From: Candidatus Magasanikbacteria bacterium RIFCSPHIGHO2_01_FULL_41_23
GTDB lineage: Bacteria > Patescibacteriota > Patescibacteriia > Magasanikbacterales > UBA922
DNA length: 64,000 nucleotides
Reading direction: 5' to 3'
Assembly (NCBI GenBank): GCA_001782805.1
Contig: MFPT01000021.1
Coordinates: 10,546-74,545 of the forward strand
The position numbers and the translations under genes were made by a program. Below the pieces are notes generated by a model. It was not told where the DNA came from, did not search any database, and saw only the letters and a list, made by a program, of their open reading frames with translations. This document shows, in pieces, positions 46,644 to 56,582 of this stretch; the first letter of the stretch is position 1; the number at the start of each line of letters is the position of its first letter.

Positions 46644-48476
46644 ATGAAAATTTCCAGCCCTTATAATATTGAAAGTATGAGAGAAGGTCTAAGTACTATA
46701 TTGGCTCAAATCAAGGATAAAAAGGTTTTGTCCCCAGAGGCTCTTGTTAATCTCACGATTTGGCTCACCCGAGAAGATATGGCGGAATTTCGTGTCGAGA
46801 TTTTTGACTTATTAAACCAGGGAAATTATGAACACTTAGAAGATGCTTTTTATACGCGAATTAAAGTTGGTACGGGAGGAATTAGGGGTATTATTGGTGT
46901 TGGATCAAATCGAATTAATCGTCGTACCATTGCTGAAGCCGCTCAAGCTTTGGCTGATTTTATTGCTGATTTTGGTGGAATCGCCAAACAGCATAGTGTA
47001 GTGATTGGATATGAAGCTCGAACCAATGCCAAAGAATTTGCTGAAATGTGTGCCGAAGTATTTGCGGCCAACGACATTAAATCATACATTTTTGATGGAC
47101 TACGCGCCACGCCTGAAATTTCTTTTGCTGTCCGTTTTTTGGGAGCAACTGCGGGTGTGCAAATTACCGCTTCGCATAATCCTCGCACGGACAATGGTTT
47201 TAAATTTTATTGGTCAGATGGTGGGCAGGTGGTACCGCCATTGGATTTAAAGTTTATGGAGTTGGTACAAAAAGTTGATCGCATACAATACCTAAAGTTT
47301 AGTGACGGGTTAAGAAAAAATTTAATTACCTTTATTGGTAAGGAGATTGACGAGGTATATTATCAAGCGATTCACGGTTTATCGCTTTCTCAAAGTCGTT
47401 CAGCCACGATTGTATTTAGTCCGATTCATGGTGCGGGAATCATGAACGTTTTACCCGTACTGCGTAATGCAGGGTATATGGTTGAGGTTGTTCCGGAACA
47501 AGCTGTGCCTGATGCACAATTTCCAACGGCAAAAGGCGATTTGATAAATCCTGAATATGAGGAAGTCATGGAATTGCCTATAAAATTGGCGGAAAAATTA
47601 GAGTATGACTTGGCAATTAATTCTGATCCTGATGCCGATCGGATCGGTGTTGCCGCTAAGAAAAAAATGAACGAAAGTACTGTCCAATTTTTGACCGGTA
47701 ATGAAATCGGCATTGCACTTGCTCACTTTATATTATCAGCCAGACAAGCGAAAGGAGAGTTAACTAGCCATCATTTGCTTGTGGAAACATATGTCACCAC
47801 GTCGCTCATCGGTGACATTGCTCGGCGTTTCGGTATCACAGTTAAAGATGATTTATTGGTGGGATTTAAATTTATTGGTGAAGTGATTGAAAAATTAAGC
47901 GATAAAAAAGATTTTGTATTCGCGGCCGAAGAAAGTTTGGGATATCTAGCTGGTACGTTTGTCCGTGACAAAGATGCTGCGATTGCCGCTCTTTTATTGG
48001 CGGAGCTGGTATCCGAATGTAAAGATAAAGGCCAAACTTTAGTTGGTTATCTTGATGATATTTATCGTGTCTACGGTTATTACAAAAATCGTTTGCACAT
48101 GGCCGAATTTCCCGGCAAAAAAGGTTTTCAAAATATTCGTCGTATTATGATTGGTTTTCGTCAGAAACCTCCGACTGATTTGGCTGGCATTCCGATTTTG
48201 AAAGTGCTTGATCGTTTACCAGAAGCACAGCGTTCCGCTGAAACTTACAAAGTAGGTGCAACGGGGGATCAATTGACATTTATTTTTTCCGCTGATGAAA
48301 AAACTCGGGTTACAGTTCGCCCATCGGGTACAGAACCAAAGGTAAAATTTTATATACAAGACCGTTCCGATGTTGTCGGTGATTTGGAGGAAACGCGTTT
48401 GCATACAGACGCACGGGTTAATCTGTTGACGTTTGATATCATTGAATATAGCCGGCAATTTGTGCGAGAAGATTAA
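46644..48476 (+). CDS. Alpha-D-phosphohexomutase family (phosphoglucomutase/phosphomannomutase)
   Basis: Active-site Ser loop GVQITASHNP. Metal-binding loop DPDADR. Sugar-binding GEESLG-like EESLG. Four-domain PGM/PMM architecture. Confidence 0.85.
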   Translation: MKISSPYNIESMREGLSTILAQIKDKKVLSPEALVNLTIWLTREDMAEFRVEIFDLLNQGNYEHLEDAFYTRIKVGTGGIRGIIGVGSNRINRRTIAEAAQALADFIADFGGIAKQHSVVIGYEARTNAKEFAEMCAEVFAANDIKSYIFDGLRATPEISFAVRFLGATAGVQITASHNPRTDNGFKFYWSDGGQVVPPLDLKFMELVQKVDRIQYLKFSDGLRKNLITFIGKEIDEVYYQAIHGLSLSQSRSATIVFSPIHGAGIMNVLPVLRNAGYMVEVVPEQAVPDAQFPTAKGDLINPEYEEVMELPIKLAEKLEYDLAINSDPDADRIGVAAKKKMNESTVQFLTGNEIGIALAHFILSARQAKGELTSHHLLVETYVTTSLIGDIARRFGITVKDDLLVGFKFIGEVIEKLSDKKDFVFAAEESLGYLAGTFVRDKDAAIAALLLAELVSECKDKGQTLVGYLDDIYRVYGYYKNRLHMAEFPGKKGFQNIRRIMIGFRQKPPTDLAGIPILKVLDRLPEAQRSAETYKVGATGDQLTFIFSADEKTRVTVRPSGTEPKVKFYIQDRSDVVGDLEETRLHTDARVNLLTFDIIEYSRQFVRED

Positions 48477-48481
48477 AATTT

Positions 48482-48739
48482 TTAATGGTAAATACTGTGT
48501 CGGCCGATTTTATAAAAAATATATTTATTTTCTTTTTCAATTTTAAAAATTACTCGGTAGTCTCTGGTGATGGAAAAAGACCAATGTTCATTCCACGATC
48601 CGTTTAACTTATGAGTCTTTAGGCTAGAATTGAAAGGATCTACACGAAAAATATCCTCCCTTTCTTTGAATGATTGCTGTATATTTTTTGGACATTTTTT
48701 GTAAAGTCGACAAAAAATAGGTAAATAAATAATTTCCAT
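48482..48739 (-). CDS. Type II TA toxin, RelE/YafQ family (paralog of 20005..20265)
   Basis: 85 aa. KTHKLNGSWNEHWSFSITRDYRVIFKIEKENKYIFYKIGRHSIYH aligns with the other toxin copy and with the RelE/StbE signature. Confidence 0.7.
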   Translation of the reverse strand: MEIIYLPIFCRLYKKCPKNIQQSFKEREDIFRVDPFNSSLKTHKLNGSWNEHWSFSITRDYRVIFKIEKENKYIFYKIGRHSIYH

Positions 48740-48756
48740 ACCCTCCTTAAAATAAT

Positions 48757-48963
48757 TTAATCTTTATCTAAGTCAGCAAACGAATGAAGAATTTTACCTT
48801 TTCCGGCACGGAATTCTCGTTCGGCTAATTTGATATGTATTATATCCCACAGATAATACCAAAAATATTTTATCCGGTGCTGTAACAAAGCAAAACCCCT
48901 TAATTTTTTTGGTTTTATGTCAAACTGTGCTGATTGAAGAATTGATTGATTACTATAATTCAT
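48757..48963 (-). CDS. Putative antitoxin-like small protein (paralog family member), upstream of the RelE/YafQ-like toxin
   Basis: Conserved core IKPKKLRGFALLQHRIKYFWYYLWDIIHIKLAEREFRAGKGKILHSFADLDKD. The ORF track start at 49023 overlaps the SDR fragment. An internal Met at 48963 avoids the overlap. Confidence 0.4.
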   Translation of the reverse strand: MNYSNQSILQSAQFDIKPKKLRGFALLQHRIKYFWYYLWDIIHIKLAEREFRAGKGKILHSFADLDKD

Positions 48964-48974
48964 AAAAAAGTAGG

Positions 48975-49520
48975 CTACAATAATATATTTCGCATTATCT
49001 TTGTTGTCAAAGCTCTCGGACAAACGCGCAATAATTGAATAATTATTTTATGGCGCCAACTGGGAATGATAATTCTTTTATTTTTCATTAAACCAGCATA
49101 GGCGATTTCCGCCACAGAGCGCGCATTCATTACTCCGTTGTTTTTAAAAATTTCTGTTTTGTCAGCTCCGGCTCTATTTTGAAATGAAGTTTTTGTCGGT
49201 CCGGGACAAAGCGCGGAAACAGTCACGCCAGTGTGGCGAGTTTCTTCACTCAATGCTTCGGAAAGTGACAAGACGTATGCTTTGGTGGCAAAATATACGG
49301 CCATAAATGGCCCGGGCTGAAAGGCCGCGGTTGAAGCCACGTTTAAAATTTTACCGGACTTTCTCGCCATCATTTCCGGAAGAAATAAACGGCACAGCGA
49401 CGTCAGCGCAGTTATATTCAATTGAATCATTTCAATATTTTTTTGGTCATTGGTTTCGGCAAATTCACCATAATCGCCAAAGCCTGCGTTGTTGACTAAA
49501 ATTAAGGGAAAATGCGCACT
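48975..49520 (-). pseudogene. 5'-truncated short-chain dehydrogenase/reductase (SDR) gene fragment
   Basis: Encodes ..LILVNNAGFGDYGEFAE.. (NNAG motif) and the YxxxK active site (AVYFATKAY). The N-terminal Rossmann TGxxxGIG region is absent. The frame is closed by a TAA just upstream, adjacent to the orphan antitoxin-like gene. Confidence 0.55.
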
Positions 49521-49553
49521 GATCTTTTAATTTTCCGTCCTTTTTAAATAGTA

Positions 49554-49784
49554 TTAATCCAAATCCGCAAGTGAATTGAGTTTTATTGCTTTCCCAGCTT
49601 TAAATTGTCGTTGGCTTATTTTTACGTTAATGTAATCTCTGGTATCGTACCAATGAAATTGCATACGATGCCATATATGAAGAAAAAACCCGACTTTTTT
49701 ACGGTGAGTAATTGGTTTGGAAACGACCTGATTCACAATAACTAAATTCATAATATGAGAAAATATATTTTTACTATACCACAA
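49554..49784 (-). CDS. Orphan antitoxin-like small protein (third paralog), inserted upstream of the truncated SDR
   Basis: ITHRKKVGFFLHIWHRMQFHWYDTRDYINVKISQRQFKAGKAIKLNSLADLD aligns along ~55 aa with 48757..48963. No adjacent toxin. Confidence 0.4.
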   Translation of the reverse strand: MWYSKNIFSHIMNLVIVNQVVSKPITHRKKVGFFLHIWHRMQFHWYDTRDYINVKISQRQFKAGKAIKLNSLADLD

Positions 49785-49830
49785 ATAATATATTAGTCAA
49801 CCTGAAATTGTGAGGAAAAAATCGTTTTTG

Positions 49831-50703
49831 TTAAACCATCTCGCGTAATTGTTTGATCCGCTCAATAATCGGCGGATGCGTGGAAAAAAGATTGGTTAGA
49901 TTTTTTCCTTTAAAAGGATTGGAAATAAATAAATGAGCCGTGGCCGTGGATGCGGTTTCCAGCGGTTGATTGGAAGCCGAAATTTTTTCCAGTGCCCGCG
50001 CCAAGCCTTCGGGATAACGGGTCAAAAGCGAACCAGAAGCATCTGCTAAAAATTCGCGTTTGCGCGACACTGCCAATTTGATGAGCTCGGCAATAATCGG
50101 TGACAAAAGAATTAAGACAAGGCCGGCAATCGCCAAAATCCCGCCGCTTTTATTGTCATTATCCGATGATCGTCGCCAATTGGAGTGTAAAAACCAATTA
50201 GCCATAAGGGAAATGGCGCCAACCAACACAATGACAATCGTCATGACGCGGATATCATAATTTTTGACATGCGATAATTCGTGCGCGATCACGCCTTCCA
50301 ATTCTTCATTTTCCAACGCCTGAATAATTCCCGTAGTAAACGCAATTGATGAATGTTTGGGATCGCGTCCGGTGGCAAAGGCATTTAAAGCCGGGCTGTT
50401 AATGATATAAATTTTAGGCACGGGCAAGCCGGCAGTAATACACAAATTTTCCACTAAATTATACAAATAAGGATTGTCTTTTTTGGCGATGTGTCGCGCG
50501 CTAGTTGAACGCAAGGCAACTTTGTCACCATGATAATAACTGAATAATGTCATGACGAGTGAAATGAAAACAGCCAAAACAATCGCTTCCGATCCATAAC
50601 CAAACCAGGTTTTCAAAACCCAACCAAGCCCGGTGATAAACGAGATGAAAATCAAAATTAAAATAATGGTGCGATGTTTGTTGGCGTCGATTTGGGAATA
50701 CAT
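49831..50703 (-). CDS. htpX: Zinc metalloprotease HtpX (M48 family)
   Basis: HEXXH motif AHELSHV. Four TM helices. Typical HtpX length. Confidence 0.85.
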   Translation of the reverse strand: MYSQIDANKHRTIILILIFISFITGLGWVLKTWFGYGSEAIVLAVFISLVMTLFSYYHGDKVALRSTSARHIAKKDNPYLYNLVENLCITAGLPVPKIYIINSPALNAFATGRDPKHSSIAFTTGIIQALENEELEGVIAHELSHVKNYDIRVMTIVIVLVGAISLMANWFLHSNWRRSSDNDNKSGGILAIAGLVLILLSPIIAELIKLAVSRKREFLADASGSLLTRYPEGLARALEKISASNQPLETASTATAHLFISNPFKGKNLTNLFSTHPPIIERIKQLREMV

Positions 50704-50704
50704 A

Positions 50705-51268
50705 TTAAAATTTAACCGTTACATTTTCTCGTTCAGTCGCATCGGCAATTTCAAAGAAATCAAATTTCACAAACTTAAGCGTGTTGCCAATCAGATTCGT
50801 GGGAAATACTTCCAGTTTAGTATTAAAGTCCCGTGTTTGGCCATTGTAAAAGCGGCGGGCGGCCATAATTTTATTTTCCGTGTCAGATAATTCATCCATG
50901 AGTTGCGCCACGTTCGTATTAGCTTTAAGATCAGGATAGGCTTCCATGCTAACGCGCAGATTGCCCAATAAATTACCAAGCATACTTTCAGCTTTGGCCA
51001 GATCAGTGTGCGAGCCGGATTTTTGCGCTTCCATGGCTTGCGAACGGGATTTGGTAATGTTTTCCAATAATCCGCGTTCGTGACTTAAGTATCCTTTGAC
51101 ACTTTCCAACAAATTGGGAATTAAATCATGTCGGCGTTTGAGTTGAACATCAATATCACTCCACGCTTCTTTGGTGCGATTGCGCGCGGTAACTAAACCA
51201 TTGAATGTTACCACGAGCCAAATAACAAAAACCGCCAATATAATAAGTAAAATCATTGACATTTCCAT
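50705..51268 (-). CDS. lemA: LemA-family membrane protein
   Basis: N-terminal TM helix followed by ..AWSDIDVQLKRRHDLIPNL.. of the LemA family. Forms the common lemA-htpX pair. Confidence 0.8.
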   Translation of the reverse strand: MEMSMILLIILAVFVIWLVVTFNGLVTARNRTKEAWSDIDVQLKRRHDLIPNLLESVKGYLSHERGLLENITKSRSQAMEAQKSGSHTDLAKAESMLGNLLGNLRVSMEAYPDLKANTNVAQLMDELSDTENKIMAARRFYNGQTRDFNTKLEVFPTNLIGNTLKFVKFDFFEIADATERENVTVKF

Positions 51269-51343
51269 ATAGTTTTATTAGTGGCTTGAACTCAAGCCTT
51301 AATTATGTAATAATCCTTATTATTCTAACTCGCTTACTTTCAA

Positions 51344-52519
51344 TTGTCAATTATGTTTACCTTTATTATTTTTCTTTTGGTCTTAAGTTTGGTTGTTTTG
51401 GTGCATGAATTCGGACATTTTTTTGTGGCGCGGTTAAGTGGCATGAAAGTTTTTGAATTTGGCTGGGGATTTCCGCCGCGGGCGATTGGTTTTTATCGTG
51501 ATCCTCTTACCAAAAAAATTGTTTGGGTTTGGAAAAGTCGAGCGAATGATTTGGCGGAAACTGTTGGTGGCGTGCCGAGAGAACAACAATTTCCCGCGAC
51601 ATTATATTCAATAAATTGGCTGCCATTGGGTGGTTTTGTCAAAATTAAAGGAGAAAACGGGGACACAGAAGACGAAGATAGTTTTAGCGCCAAAAAATTT
51701 GGTCCTAAATTAGCGACACTTTTGGCCGGAGTAGTGATGAATTTTATTTTAGCCGCAATTTTGTTGGGCGTTGGTTTTATGATTGGTTTGCCCACTGATT
51801 TATCCAACTTGGGCGATGAACGAGCCATTATAGTGAAATCGGCCGAAGTAATGATCCAACATGTGGAAAAAGATTCGCCCGCGGCCATTGCCGGATTAAA
51901 AACCGGTGATGTGATTAGAACAGTGAATGGAACTGCGGTGCAAAATACGAGCGTTTTGATTAACTTATTTCGTGAATCAGAAAAAAAGGTTTTAAATTTG
52001 GAAATTAAACGTGACGAATTAATTTTTAATCAGGCGGTTACTCCTGTTTACATTGAAAAAGATGGCGTTCCTCGGCTGGGAGTTGGTTTGGCCGATGCGG
52101 GAGTAATTCGTTTTCCTTGGTATTTGGCGTTTTATAAAGGATTTGTTGCGGCCGGAATGGGTTTTTTGAATGTTTTTGTGGCTTTTTATATTTTGGTGCG
52201 CGAGCTTATTTTGGGTAATGGTTTGGCCTTTGGCGTGAGTGGTCCGGTGGGAATTGCTGTCGCGGTCGGTGAAAGCGCGCGCTTAGGCTTTAGTTATTTG
52301 TTAAATGTAACGGCTATGATTTCGTTGAGTTTGGCCGCGTTGAATGTTTTGCCCATTCCCGCGCTGGATGGTGGACGGGCATTGTTTGTGATTATTGAAA
52401 AATTATTTCGGCGCAAAATTCCCATTAAAGTGGAACAAATCACGCATACGGTGGGTTTTGTGGCTTTGTTATTTTTGATTGTGGTTATCACGTGGCGTGA
52501 TATTAGCGCGTTATTCTAA
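51344..52519 (+). CDS. rseP: RIP site-2 protease RseP (M50 family) with PDZ domain
   Basis: HEXXH VHEFGHFF in the first TM helix. PDZ domain GLKTGDVIRTVNG. LDG motif ..ALDGGRALF.. in the C-terminal TM region. Confidence 0.85.
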   Translation: MSIMFTFIIFLLVLSLVVLVHEFGHFFVARLSGMKVFEFGWGFPPRAIGFYRDPLTKKIVWVWKSRANDLAETVGGVPREQQFPATLYSINWLPLGGFVKIKGENGDTEDEDSFSAKKFGPKLATLLAGVVMNFILAAILLGVGFMIGLPTDLSNLGDERAIIVKSAEVMIQHVEKDSPAAIAGLKTGDVIRTVNGTAVQNTSVLINLFRESEKKVLNLEIKRDELIFNQAVTPVYIEKDGVPRLGVGLADAGVIRFPWYLAFYKGFVAAGMGFLNVFVAFYILVRELILGNGLAFGVSGPVGIAVAVGESARLGFSYLLNVTAMISLSLAALNVLPIPALDGGRALFVIIEKLFRRKIPIKVEQITHTVGFVALLFLIVVITWRDISALF

Positions 52520-52555
52520 AATATGGATGCATCTTTTGTATGAAAATAAATTAAT

Positions 52556-53614
52556 ATGTCCAAAGATTTACAAAAATTACATAATGAGAGTTTGGTGCAC
52601 ATTGCGACTGCGCTTGATTTGGCACAATTGGAAGCGGTTGAATTATCGTTATTTTCGCGCCAAAACGGTCGACTGACTATGCTCATGAAAGAAATAGCTA
52701 CTGTTTTGCCGGCGGAAAAAAAAGCGTATGGTGAATCTTGCAACACAGTAAAAGAAGAATTAATCGGTTCGATTGCCAAGCGTCGTGAAGAATTGACGAA
52801 TGTGCGCTGGAAAACAATTGCCAATGATGAGCGGATTGATCCCTCGGCTCCGCTCGGGACAAGTTCTTCGTCCATGACAAGAGCACAAAAAAAGAATTAC
52901 GGTTCGCTTCATCCCATAAGTCGCGTGCAATACGATTTGGAGGATTTGTTTACTTCCATGGGGTTTATGGTGCTGGATGGTCCGGAATTGGAAAGCGATT
53001 ATTATAATTTTGAAGCGCTTAATATTCCGGCCGATCATCCGGCGCGCGACATGCATGATACTTTTTATCTTAAAAATAATCCGAGTTGGGTAATGCGCAC
53101 GCATACCTCGCCGGTTCAAGTCAGAGCTATGGAAAAATATGGTGCGCCTTTACGCGCGATTGTTCCCGGACGTTGTTTCCGGAATGAAGCAACTGATCCG
53201 CGCCACGAGCATACGCTATATCAATTGGAAGGATTGGTGATTGATCGCGGTATTAATTTTGCGCATTTGAAAGGCATTATTGCCACAGTGGCCAAACATT
53301 TGTATGGAGGGGAAACCAAAGTTCGATTTCTGCCAAAATTTTATCCTTTTGTTGAGCCGGGAGTGCGCGGCGAAGTTACGTGTTTTTTGTGTCATGGCAC
53401 TGGCTGTCGCGTGTGCAAAAATACGGGTTGGCTGGAAATTTTTGGCGCGGGCATGATGCATCCGAATGTTCTCCGTGCTGGGAAAATTGATCCGGAAAAA
53501 TATTCCGGCTTGGCGTTTGGACTTGGTTTGTCGCGTTTGGTAATGCTTAAATACGCGATTCCGGATGCGCGCTATGCACTGGGCGGAGATTTGCGATTTT
53601 TAAATCAGTTTTAA
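52556..53614 (+). CDS. pheS: Phenylalanine--tRNA ligase alpha subunit
   Basis: Class II aaRS motifs: motif 2 ..FRNEATDPRHEHTLYQLEG.. and motif 3 ..GLAFGLGLSRLVML... Contains an in-frame copy of the short GC-rich repeat (peptide DPSAPLGTSSS). Confidence 0.9.
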   Translation: MSKDLQKLHNESLVHIATALDLAQLEAVELSLFSRQNGRLTMLMKEIATVLPAEKKAYGESCNTVKEELIGSIAKRREELTNVRWKTIANDERIDPSAPLGTSSSSMTRAQKKNYGSLHPISRVQYDLEDLFTSMGFMVLDGPELESDYYNFEALNIPADHPARDMHDTFYLKNNPSWVMRTHTSPVQVRAMEKYGAPLRAIVPGRCFRNEATDPRHEHTLYQLEGLVIDRGINFAHLKGIIATVAKHLYGGETKVRFLPKFYPFVEPGVRGEVTCFLCHGTGCRVCKNTGWLEIFGAGMMHPNVLRAGKIDPEKYSGLAFGLGLSRLVMLKYAIPDARYALGGDLRFLNQF

Positions 53615-53671
53615 TGTATGTTTACAAAATAAAAATCTTATTTTGTTACTAATCCGGTTAAATTATTTTGT

Positions 53672-56125
53672 ATGTTGATTTCAAAAAATTGGCTCCGCGA
53701 TTTTGTTTTTTTGCCTGATGCGTTTGATGCGCTGGATTTGGCGCGGCGATTGTCATTGTCAACGGTTGAAGTGGAAAATGTGACTGAACAAAGCGCGGCA
53801 TTTGCTGGTTTGGTTGTCGGAAAAATTATGGCGATTGAATCACATTCGGACGCGCAAAAATTAAAAGTCTGTGAAGTTGATGTGGGCGATAAAACTTTGT
53901 CCATTGTGTGCGGAGGAGCAAATCTTTCGGTGGGAATGAAAGTGGTAGTGGCGAAAATTGGTGCTCGTGTGCGTTGGCATGGAGAAGGGGAATCTATTGT
54001 TTTGGAATCAGCGACGATTCGCGGCGTAAAATCATTTGGCATGATTTGCGCGAGCGATGAAATTGGTTTATTGGATCGTTTTCCGAAAAGCGTGGCCAAT
54101 GAAATTATTGATTTAAGTAAGCATAAAGCTCGGTCGGGAACTGCTTTGTCCGAAGCTCTGGGCTTGGATGATGTGATTTTTGAAATTGATAATAAATCAA
54201 TGACGAATCGACCGGATTTGTGGAGCCATTATGGCGTCGCGCGTGAGATTGCGGCTTTGACCGGAAAAAAATTTAAAACGATTAAACCGCCAATGATACT
54301 TGAAGGTAATACAATAAAGATATCGGTTAAAAATGGAGCAAAAGATTTGTGTTCGCGGTATATGGCGGTGGCGATGAATGATGTGTCGCCGATTGCGTCG
54401 CCGGAATGGTTGCGCGCGCGTTTGGAAGCGATTGGTCAGCGATCCATAAATGCAATTGTGGATTTGACTAATTATGTGATGTTTGAACTTGGTCAGCCTT
54501 TGCACGCGTTTGATGCCGATAAAATCGGGAATCATAACGGTGAAGTGGCTTTGACCGTACGTTTGGCCAATGCGGGAGAAAATTTTATTACACTTGATGC
54601 CAAAAAGTTGACATTAACAAATACTACGTTGGCGATTGCCAATGATACGGAAATATTGGCGCTCGCAGGAATTAAGGGCGGAGAAAATAGCGGAGTTGAT
54701 ACCAAAACCACTCGCGTTATATTTGAAGCGGCCACGTTTAATGCCGGTTCAGTGCGTAAAACTTCCACGGCTTTGGGAATTCGTACTGATTCTTCGGCTC
54801 GATTTGAAAAAAGTTTGGATCCACATTTGCCCGCAGTTGCTTTGCGTCGCGTAGTTGAATTGGCACAGAAGATTTGGCCTATGGCAACAGTCGCGAGTAT
54901 AGTTGTTGATATCACTAATTTTTCTTCGACTCCTATTATCGTTAATTTAACCTGCTCTTTTATCAATGAGCGTTTGGGAGTTCAGATAGAAGAAAAAAAA
55001 ATCGTGAATATTTTGGAACGATTGGGTTTTGCAGTTGTTAGAAAAAAGGATGCTTTGGCAGTTACCGTACCAAGCTGGCGTGCAACCAAAGACATTTCGA
55101 TCAAAGAAGATATTGTGGAAGAAGTGGTGCGATTGTATGGTTATGAAAATATTCCGGCCGAATTTCCTCTGTGCCAGATTGCTCCGGCCGCGCCCAATGA
55201 ATTGCGTAATTTGGAACGAGAAATCAAAGAAATTTTAGCGCGCGAATGTGGTTTTACTGAAGTGTATAATTATTCTTTTGCGTCGTCTGAATGGCTCGCT
55301 CGTTTAGGATTATCAACCGAAAATTTTTTGGCGTTGGATAATCCAATCGCCAAGGATCGGCCATTATTGCGTCGCGATCTTATTCCCGGACTTTTGGAAA
55401 ATATTGAATATAATGCTCATCGTTTTGACAATGTTAGTTTATTTGAAATCGGCCGAGTGTATCGCTCGGATACAGCGGGAGAGCGGGCTCGACAAAATTC
55501 CGGCGAATTATTGCCTGATCAGCCATTAATGCTTGGTTTGGCTGTGCTGGAAAAAAATAATAATCAGCCATTTTTTATTTTGGCTGACGCGATTCGGAAT
55601 ATTGGCGAGCGGCTGGGATATTTTTTTTCTTTTTCCGAAATGGAAAATTCCTTGCCACTTTTTCATCCTGGCCGGATAGCACACATTATGTGCGGGGAAA
55701 TTGAGTTAGGTAAAATTGCGGAAATTCATCCGGAGAAACAATTAAAGTTAGGCATTGATGCTCGTGTTGCCGTGGCGGAATTTTCTTTATCCGCGTTGCT
55801 ATTATTGGCATCGACGCCGCGTCGCTATGTTTCCATCCCTAATTTTCCCGAAGTTGAACGCGACATTGCAATTATTGTTGACAAAAAGAAATCACATTCT
55901 GAAATAGAAACAATTATGCTTGGCGCTCATTCTCTTTTGCAGCGCGTAGAATTGTTTGATATATATGAAGATACACAGATTGGGCCAGATAAAAAAAGTA
56001 TAGCATATCATGTGACGTATGCCTCAGACGATCATACTCTTGCCACGGCGGAAATTGATGCGGCACAGGCCGTAATTTTGAAAATTCTTACCAAAAAATG
56101 CGGCGCAATGTTGCGTGGTGAATAG
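53672..56125 (+). CDS. pheT: Phenylalanine--tRNA ligase beta subunit
   Basis: N-terminal tRNA-binding OB-fold domain, B3/B4 domain, B5 domain and C-terminal FDX anticodon-binding domain. 817 aa. Confidence 0.9.
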   Translation: MLISKNWLRDFVFLPDAFDALDLARRLSLSTVEVENVTEQSAAFAGLVVGKIMAIESHSDAQKLKVCEVDVGDKTLSIVCGGANLSVGMKVVVAKIGARVRWHGEGESIVLESATIRGVKSFGMICASDEIGLLDRFPKSVANEIIDLSKHKARSGTALSEALGLDDVIFEIDNKSMTNRPDLWSHYGVAREIAALTGKKFKTIKPPMILEGNTIKISVKNGAKDLCSRYMAVAMNDVSPIASPEWLRARLEAIGQRSINAIVDLTNYVMFELGQPLHAFDADKIGNHNGEVALTVRLANAGENFITLDAKKLTLTNTTLAIANDTEILALAGIKGGENSGVDTKTTRVIFEAATFNAGSVRKTSTALGIRTDSSARFEKSLDPHLPAVALRRVVELAQKIWPMATVASIVVDITNFSSTPIIVNLTCSFINERLGVQIEEKKIVNILERLGFAVVRKKDALAVTVPSWRATKDISIKEDIVEEVVRLYGYENIPAEFPLCQIAPAAPNELRNLEREIKEILARECGFTEVYNYSFASSEWLARLGLSTENFLALDNPIAKDRPLLRRDLIPGLLENIEYNAHRFDNVSLFEIGRVYRSDTAGERARQNSGELLPDQPLMLGLAVLEKNNNQPFFILADAIRNIGERLGYFFSFSEMENSLPLFHPGRIAHIMCGEIELGKIAEIHPEKQLKLGIDARVAVAEFSLSALLLLASTPRRYVSIPNFPEVERDIAIIVDKKKSHSEIETIMLGAHSLLQRVELFDIYEDTQIGPDKKSIAYHVTYASDDHTLATAEIDAAQAVILKILTKKCGAMLRGE

Positions 56126-56196
56126 TGCTGTGGTATACTTTATTTAATTAAAAAACCTGATAAAGTTTTTTAAACTTTCATTTTTAAATTTTAAGT

Positions 56197-56529
56197 ATGC
56201 CTGTCACGTCTACTCAAGATTTTTTGTTTATTGTTTTATCGTTATGTGTTTTGTGGTTTACGGTTTTTTTATGTTGGCTGTTGTACCAAGCGGGCCGAGT
56301 TCTGCGCAACGCCAACAGAATTATTGAAGGCTTGACCAACAAATTGGAATTGATTTCCGAAGCAGTGGAATTTATCAAGAAAAAAGTTGATGGTTTATCC
56401 AGCAATATGGGAATTGTCAGTTCACTCGCGAGTGGAGTGATGGAACGATTTGTCGTGGGCAAAATCGCCAAAAAATTTGAAGAACGGGTGGAAGAGAACA
56501 AAAAGAAAAAAGTAGGGAAGAGAAGATAA
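56197..56529 (+). CDS. Hypothetical membrane protein (N-terminal TM helix plus coiled-coil, DUF948-like)
   Basis: 110-aa ORF. TM helix FLFIVLSLCVLWFTVFLCWLL followed by a charged helical region. Confidence 0.45.
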   Translation: MPVTSTQDFLFIVLSLCVLWFTVFLCWLLYQAGRVLRNANRIIEGLTNKLELISEAVEFIKKKVDGLSSNMGIVSSLASGVMERFVVGKIAKKFEERVEENKKKKVGKRR

Positions 56530-56542
56530 TAATCGAATATAA

Positions 56543-56570
56543 AAAAATCCCCTTAACGAAGGGGATTTTT
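56543..56570. terminator. Bidirectional rho-independent terminator between convergent genes
   Basis: AAAAATCCCCTT-AACG-AAGGGGATTTTT, with T/A runs on both sides. Confidence 0.6.
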
Positions 56571-56582
56571 AATGTTATAAAT

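Noticed and set aside
53638-54099. 153-aa minus-strand ORF overlapping the pheT start
   Set aside because: Antisense to the well-supported pheT N-terminal tRNA-binding domain.
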